Virus record (IMG/VR): IMGVR_UViG_2695420569_000028
Source of the DNA: a virus
Lineage: Duplodnaviria > Heunggongvirae > Uroviricota > Caudoviricetes
Reading direction: 5' to 3' (one strand)
DNA: 11,925 nt
Shown here: positions 8,830-11,925 of the stretch, piece by piece
How the letters are laid out: each line of letters begins with the position of its first letter
Position numbering within the stretch: position 1 is the first letter of the stretch
Notes under the pieces: model-generated
Told to the model about the DNA's origin: nothing
The model's input: only the letters and a program-made list of their open reading frames with translations
Databases searched by the model: none
Program-made: the position numbers and the translations under genes

Positions 8830-10002
8830 TTACGCGCTGACCTGGCTGGCGAAATTCACCAGGTACTGATCGGTGATGCGCTGACGCAGCATCAGGTTTT
8901 CAAGTGGCGGCACTGGCGTGTAGTCGTAGTCGATGGTGAGTTTTCCGGCTTTCAGCGTGTCTTTGTCGTTCACCGACTCATCCAGCCAGCAATCACCACC
9001 AATGAGATAGCCCTGACTGACCAGGCTGCGCATTTTGGCGCGGATACCTTCGATAATGTCGCGGGCCAGCGACGGGTTAAGCGGTTTATCCACCGCCCAC
9101 ATGTGTGCTTCTGCCATCGTGTCCATCAGCACCTGCGCCGTGCGGGTGTAGTTTTCGAAGGCAAAGAGCGGGTCATCACTCAGGCAGCGGGAACCCCAGA
9201 AGCGGAAACCGTCTTTACGCACAAGCGTGGTGACGTCGTTCTGGTTCAGCAGACCTGCATCGGTTGCCGGGTCCTGCAGATCCCAGAACACATCTGCAGA
9301 AATTCCGGTGACACCGTTCACGCCCACGTTGGACAGGCTTTTGTGCCATCCGGTCTGCTCGTCAATTTTGGCGCGCAGACCAAGCGCACGGGCGGTGGCA
9401 TATGCCGTTGCTTCGGCATTCAGCACCGTGTCCCAACCAGTAAAGTCAGGCCAGATCAGCATCCCTTCGCGCTGGCTGAAGTTTTCGCGGTAAGTGATCG
9501 CCTCCTGCACTGTCTTGCAGCCATACGCTGACAGGTAAGCAAATCCACGCAGGCGTTGCGCCACGCTCAGCAACTCAGTAGCTACCGCCTTGGTGTCGTG
9601 GCCTGGCACGCCGAGAATGCGCGGTTTAACGCCGAGCTGTGACTGGGCAGATAACAGGGCTTTCATACCTGTTTTTTTACCTTCAGCAGTCACTGCGCCG
9701 ATGATATTGGTCGTGGTTTCGTCTTCCGTTTCACCCTGCGGCACACGCACAACAATGGTCACGGGTTTTGCCTGGTCAGCGATGGCATCCAGCGAACGGG
9801 CCAGAGTACCTGACTCACCCGCTTTACCGCTGGCAGTCAGCACATCAGTGATCAGCACGGGTTTATTAAGAGGAAACATTTTTGCATCGGCATCATCGCC
9901 CGTGCAGACCATACCCACGATGGCGGTGCTCACCGTGGTAATAGATCGGGTGCCTTCGTTGACTTCAACAACGCGCACCCCGTGGTGGTAATCCTGAGCC
10001 AT
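8830..10002 (-). CDS. FI: contractile tail sheath protein (P2 gpFI-like)
   Basis: 390-aa ORF; AGGAGG Shine-Dalgarno 9 nt upstream of the ATG; first gene of the FI-FII-E-T-U-D block; size matches gpFI (about 396 aa). Confidence 0.9.
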   Translation of the reverse strand: MAQDYHHGVRVVEVNEGTRSITTVSTAIVGMVCTGDDADAKMFPLNKPVLITDVLTASGKAGESGTLARSLDAIADQAKPVTIVVRVPQGETEDETTTNIIGAVTAEGKKTGMKALLSAQSQLGVKPRILGVPGHDTKAVATELLSVAQRLRGFAYLSAYGCKTVQEAITYRENFSQREGMLIWPDFTGWDTVLNAEATAYATARALGLRAKIDEQTGWHKSLSNVGVNGVTGISADVFWDLQDPATDAGLLNQNDVTTLVRKDGFRFWGSRCLSDDPLFAFENYTRTAQVLMDTMAEAHMWAVDKPLNPSLARDIIEGIRAKMRSLVSQGYLIGGDCWLDESVNDKDTLKAGKLTIDYDYTPVPPLENLMLRQRITDQYLVNFASQVSA

Positions 10003-10078
10003 AGTGGCGAACCTCCTGATTGGATTAGGCTTCGCCCTATGTTGAAGTGATTGTGCCTGACAAACAGCTAAGCGCAGT

Positions 10079-10096
10079 TGTGTCGTTATTCACACA
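10079..10096 (-). promoter_or_regulatory. candidate Ogr-dependent late promoter element (TGT-N12-ACA dyad) upstream of FI
   Basis: TGT (10079-10081), 12 nt, ACA (10094-10096), centred about 86 bp upstream of the FI ATG and embedded in a larger inverted repeat CGTTATT/AATAACG (10084-10104). P2 late promoters carry a TGT-N12-ACA element near -55. Confidence 0.4.
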
Positions 10097-10144
10097 AAAT
10101 AACGGTATTTGTCTGCTTGCAGGGATAATCAACATAATGCTGAT

Positions 10145-10711
10145 TCAGGGGGATTCATTGATCTTATTTGCCGGAAATTTTCTATAAATGGTAGAAACGC
10201 CTACATCAAAAATCAGTGCAATACGCTGTATTGATTCTCCGGCCTCGAGTAAACGCCCAATCTGTGCCCACTGTTCGGTGGTCAACTTAGGACGGCGTCC
10301 ACCTACTCTGCCTTTGGCACGAGCTGCAGCCAGCCCTGCCCTGGTACGTTCAACTATCAGTTCGCGTTCCATTTCAGCCAGGGCACCCATGACATGAAAA
10401 AAGAAACGGCCCATTGGGGTACTGGTATCAATACTGTCAGTCAGGCTTCTGAAATTCACACCACGCTGGCGCAACTCTTCTATCAGCGTAACAAGATGCC
10501 GCATACTGCGCCCCAACCTGTCCAGCTTCCAGACAACCAGCGTGTCTCCTGCCGATAGTGTCCTGAGTAGTTTTTTCAGCCCCGGTCTGTCGGACTTAGT
10601 GCCACTGATTTTGTCCTCAAAAATCCGCTCACATCCCGCGCAGTTCAGTGCATTACGTTGCAAATCGGTGTTCTGGTCATTTGTTGACACGCGTACATAG
10701 CCAATAAGCAT
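10145..10711 (-). CDS. serine DNA invertase, Hin/Gin/Cin/Pin (Din) family
   Basis: N-terminus MLIGYVRVSTNDQ with the catalytic Ser in the conserved position, resolvase catalytic domain motifs (LVVWKLDRLGRS, GRFFFHVMGALAEMEREL), C-terminal HTH (GESIQRIALIFDVGVSTIYRKF). Longest ORF starts 2 codons earlier (MIM-LIG, 10717); the conserved MLIG start at 10711 is preferred. Confidence 0.92.
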   Translation of the reverse strand: MLIGYVRVSTNDQNTDLQRNALNCAGCERIFEDKISGTKSDRPGLKKLLRTLSAGDTLVVWKLDRLGRSMRHLVTLIEELRQRGVNFRSLTDSIDTSTPMGRFFFHVMGALAEMERELIVERTRAGLAAARAKGRVGGRRPKLTTEQWAQIGRLLEAGESIQRIALIFDVGVSTIYRKFPANKINESP

Positions 10712-10738
10712 GATCATCCCCCTGAATAAAAACCGGAG

Positions 10739-11074
10739 ATGATGCCAGTTAGCTGGTACCTCTGCATTTTCTTAAACGTTGGTTTTGGAGAAGGTGCTAA
10801 CTGGGTTATGTTACCTGGAGGAATGATAATTCAGCGTGTTTATCTTGGATTTCCTATTGGCACCAATGCAAGACACATAACTTTCCCCCGGTCGTTTACA
10901 ACAACGAACTATTCCATCTCAATTAACTGGAATGATATCGGTACTGTAACAACTGAAACACAATCACCAGCAAATGTGGCGGTTGTTCATCAAACAAAAT
11001 CATTAACAGGGGCCAGCATCTGGCAGGCAGGTCCCGGGGGATTTAATGTGGACATTATAGCGGTGGGGTATTGA
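10739..11074 (+). CDS. promoterless tail-fibre C-terminal variable-domain cassette (inferred 'off' orientation); functional part likely 10793-11071
   Basis: ORF runs away from the invertase, begins inside the crossover site (site encodes ..FLNVGFGE..), and is rich in Gly/Thr/Asn/Ser. Its arrangement relative to the site and invertase mirrors the silent fibre cassette of the Mu G segment. First ATG is probably not a real start. Confidence 0.45.
   Translation: MMPVSWYLCIFLNVGFGEGANWVMLPGGMIIQRVYLGFPIGTNARHITFPRSFTTTNYSISINWNDIGTVTTETQSPANVAVVHQTKSLTGASIWQAGPGGFNVDIIAVGY
10767..10792. promoter_or_regulatory. 26-bp Din-family crossover site (hix/gix/cix-like)
   Basis: TTTTCTTAAACG-TT-GGTTTTGGAGAA: imperfect dyad with AAAC-N4-GTTT core geometry; right half matches the recalled gix half-site GGTTTTGGATAA at 11 of 12 positions; lies 50 bp upstream of the invertase start, at the 5' boundary of the fibre cassette. 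Confidence 0.6.
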
Positions 11075-11081
11075 TATGTAA

Positions 11082-11216
11082 AAGAGGAAACATTTTTGCA
11101 TCGGCATCATCGCCCGTGCAGACCATACCCACGATGGCGGTGCTCACCGTGGTAATAGATCGGGTGCCTTCGTTGACTTCAACAACGCGCACCCCGTGGT
11201 GGTAATCCTGAGCCAT
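11082..11216 (-). pseudogene. duplicated 5' fragment of FI (first 45 codons) with its promoter and Shine-Dalgarno
   Basis: Identical to 9868-10002; the reading frame runs into the 3' end of the fibre cassette on the opposite strand instead of the FI body. Confidence 0.7.
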
Positions 11217-11292
11217 AGTGGCGAACCTCCTGATTGGATTAGGCTTCGCCCTATGTTGAAGTGATTGTGCCTGACAAACAGCTAAGCGCAGT

Positions 11293-11310
11293 TGTGTCGT
11301 TATTCACACA
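11293..11310 (-). promoter_or_regulatory. second copy of the TGT-N12-ACA late-promoter dyad (within duplicated unit)
   Basis: Identical to 10079-10096 at offset 1,214. Confidence 0.35.
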
Positions 11311-11358
11311 AAATAACGGTATTTGTCTGCTTGCAGGGATAATCAACATAATGCTGAT

Positions 11359-11925
11359 TCAGGGGGATTCATTGATCTTATTTGCCGGAAATTTTCTATA
11401 AATGGTAGAAACGCCTACATCAAAAATCAGTGCAATACGCTGTATTGATTCTCCGGCCTCGAGTAAACGCCCAATCTGTGCCCACTGTTCGGTGGTCAAC
11501 TTAGGACGGCGTCCACCTACTCTGCCTTTGGCACGAGCTGCAGCCAGCCCTGCCCTGGTACGTTCAACTATCAGTTCGCGTTCCATTTCAGCCAGGGCAC
11601 CCATGACATGAAAAAAGAAACGGCCCATTGGGGTACTGGTATCAATACTGTCAGTCAGGCTTCTGAAATTCACACCACGCTGGCGCAACTCTTCTATCAG
11701 CGTAACAAGATGCCGCATACTGCGCCCCAACCTGTCCAGCTTCCAGACAACCAGCGTGTCTCCTGCCGATAGTGTCCTGAGTAGTTTTTTCAGCCCCGGT
11801 CTGTCGGACTTAGTGCCACTGATTTTGTCCTCAAAAATCCGCTCACATCCCGCGCAGTTCAGTGCATTACGTTGCAAATCGGTGTTCTGGTCATTTGTTG
11901 ACACGCGTACATAGCCAATAAGCAT
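11359..11925 (-). CDS. serine DNA invertase, second identical copy (start codon at window edge)
   Basis: 188-aa translation identical to copy 1; the ATG of MLIG lies at 11925-11923, the last bases of the window. Confidence 0.85.
   Translation of the reverse strand: MLIGYVRVSTNDQNTDLQRNALNCAGCERIFEDKISGTKSDRPGLKKLLRTLSAGDTLVVWKLDRLGRSMRHLVTLIEELRQRGVNFRSLTDSIDTSTPMGRFFFHVMGALAEMERELIVERTRAGLAAARAKGRVGGRRPKLTTEQWAQIGRLLEAGESIQRIALIFDVGVSTIYRKFPANKINESP

Larger units (their letters stand above)
9868..10711. repeat. tandem direct repeat, copy 1 (full unit 9868-11081, 1,214 bp)
   Basis: 9868-10711 is identical by eye to 11082-11925 at offset 1,214 bp; covers the FI 5' end, the FI-invertase intergenic region and the invertase gene. 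Confidence 0.9.
2856..11925 (-). mobile_element. right arm of a P2-like prophage (ogr to tail-fibre inversion region); continues beyond the window
   Basis: Collinear ogr-D-U-T-E'/E-FII-FI block on one strand abutting host ybjL; Ogr zinc finger, E/E' frameshift and invertase are all phage hallmarks. Confidence 0.88.
11082..11925. repeat. tandem direct repeat, copy 2 (truncated by window end)
   Basis: Starts 7 bp after the fibre cassette stop codon; identical to 9868-10711 over the 844 bp available. Confidence 0.9.

Noticed and set aside
9851-9880. Possible invertase pseudo-site at the left duplication breakpoint inside FI (GGTTT half-site at 9859-9863)
   Set aside because: Only one half-site-like pentamer is present; the partner AAACC half is absent, so it is not convincing as a recombination site.
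10188-10397. 69-aa + strand ORF inside the invertase gene (and its duplicate at 11402-11611)
   Set aside because: Antisense to a highly conserved invertase coding sequence; duplicated only because the whole unit is duplicated.
2856-11925. Searched the prophage arm for a defence, toxin-antitoxin or other cargo system
   Set aside because: Every sizeable ORF is accounted for by canonical P2-type tail and regulatory genes or the invertase; the slot where P2 carries Z/fun is occupied by the invertase module rather than a cargo gene.

Overview
This window spans a host-prophage junction in an Escherichia/Shigella-type chromosome. Bases 1-2620 are host core genes grxA (+), ybjM (-) and ybjL (+). From about 2.8 kb to the window edge, the minus strand carries the right arm of a P2-like (Peduovirus-type) prophage in canonical order: ogr, D, U, T (tape measure), E and E+E' (programmed -1 frameshift), FII (tail tube), FI (tail sheath). 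Upstream of FI, where P2 itself carries Z/fun, sits a Hin/Gin/Cin/Pin-family serine invertase with a 26-bp crossover site and a promoterless tail-fibre C-terminal cassette. The most unusual structure is a perfect tandem duplication of a 1,214-bp unit (FI 5' end with its late promoter, the invertase, the crossover site and the fibre cassette); the second copy runs off the window edge. I found no defence or toxin system I can support from sequence. All calls rest on manual reading of the sequence and ORF track and on recalled family features; no searches were run.
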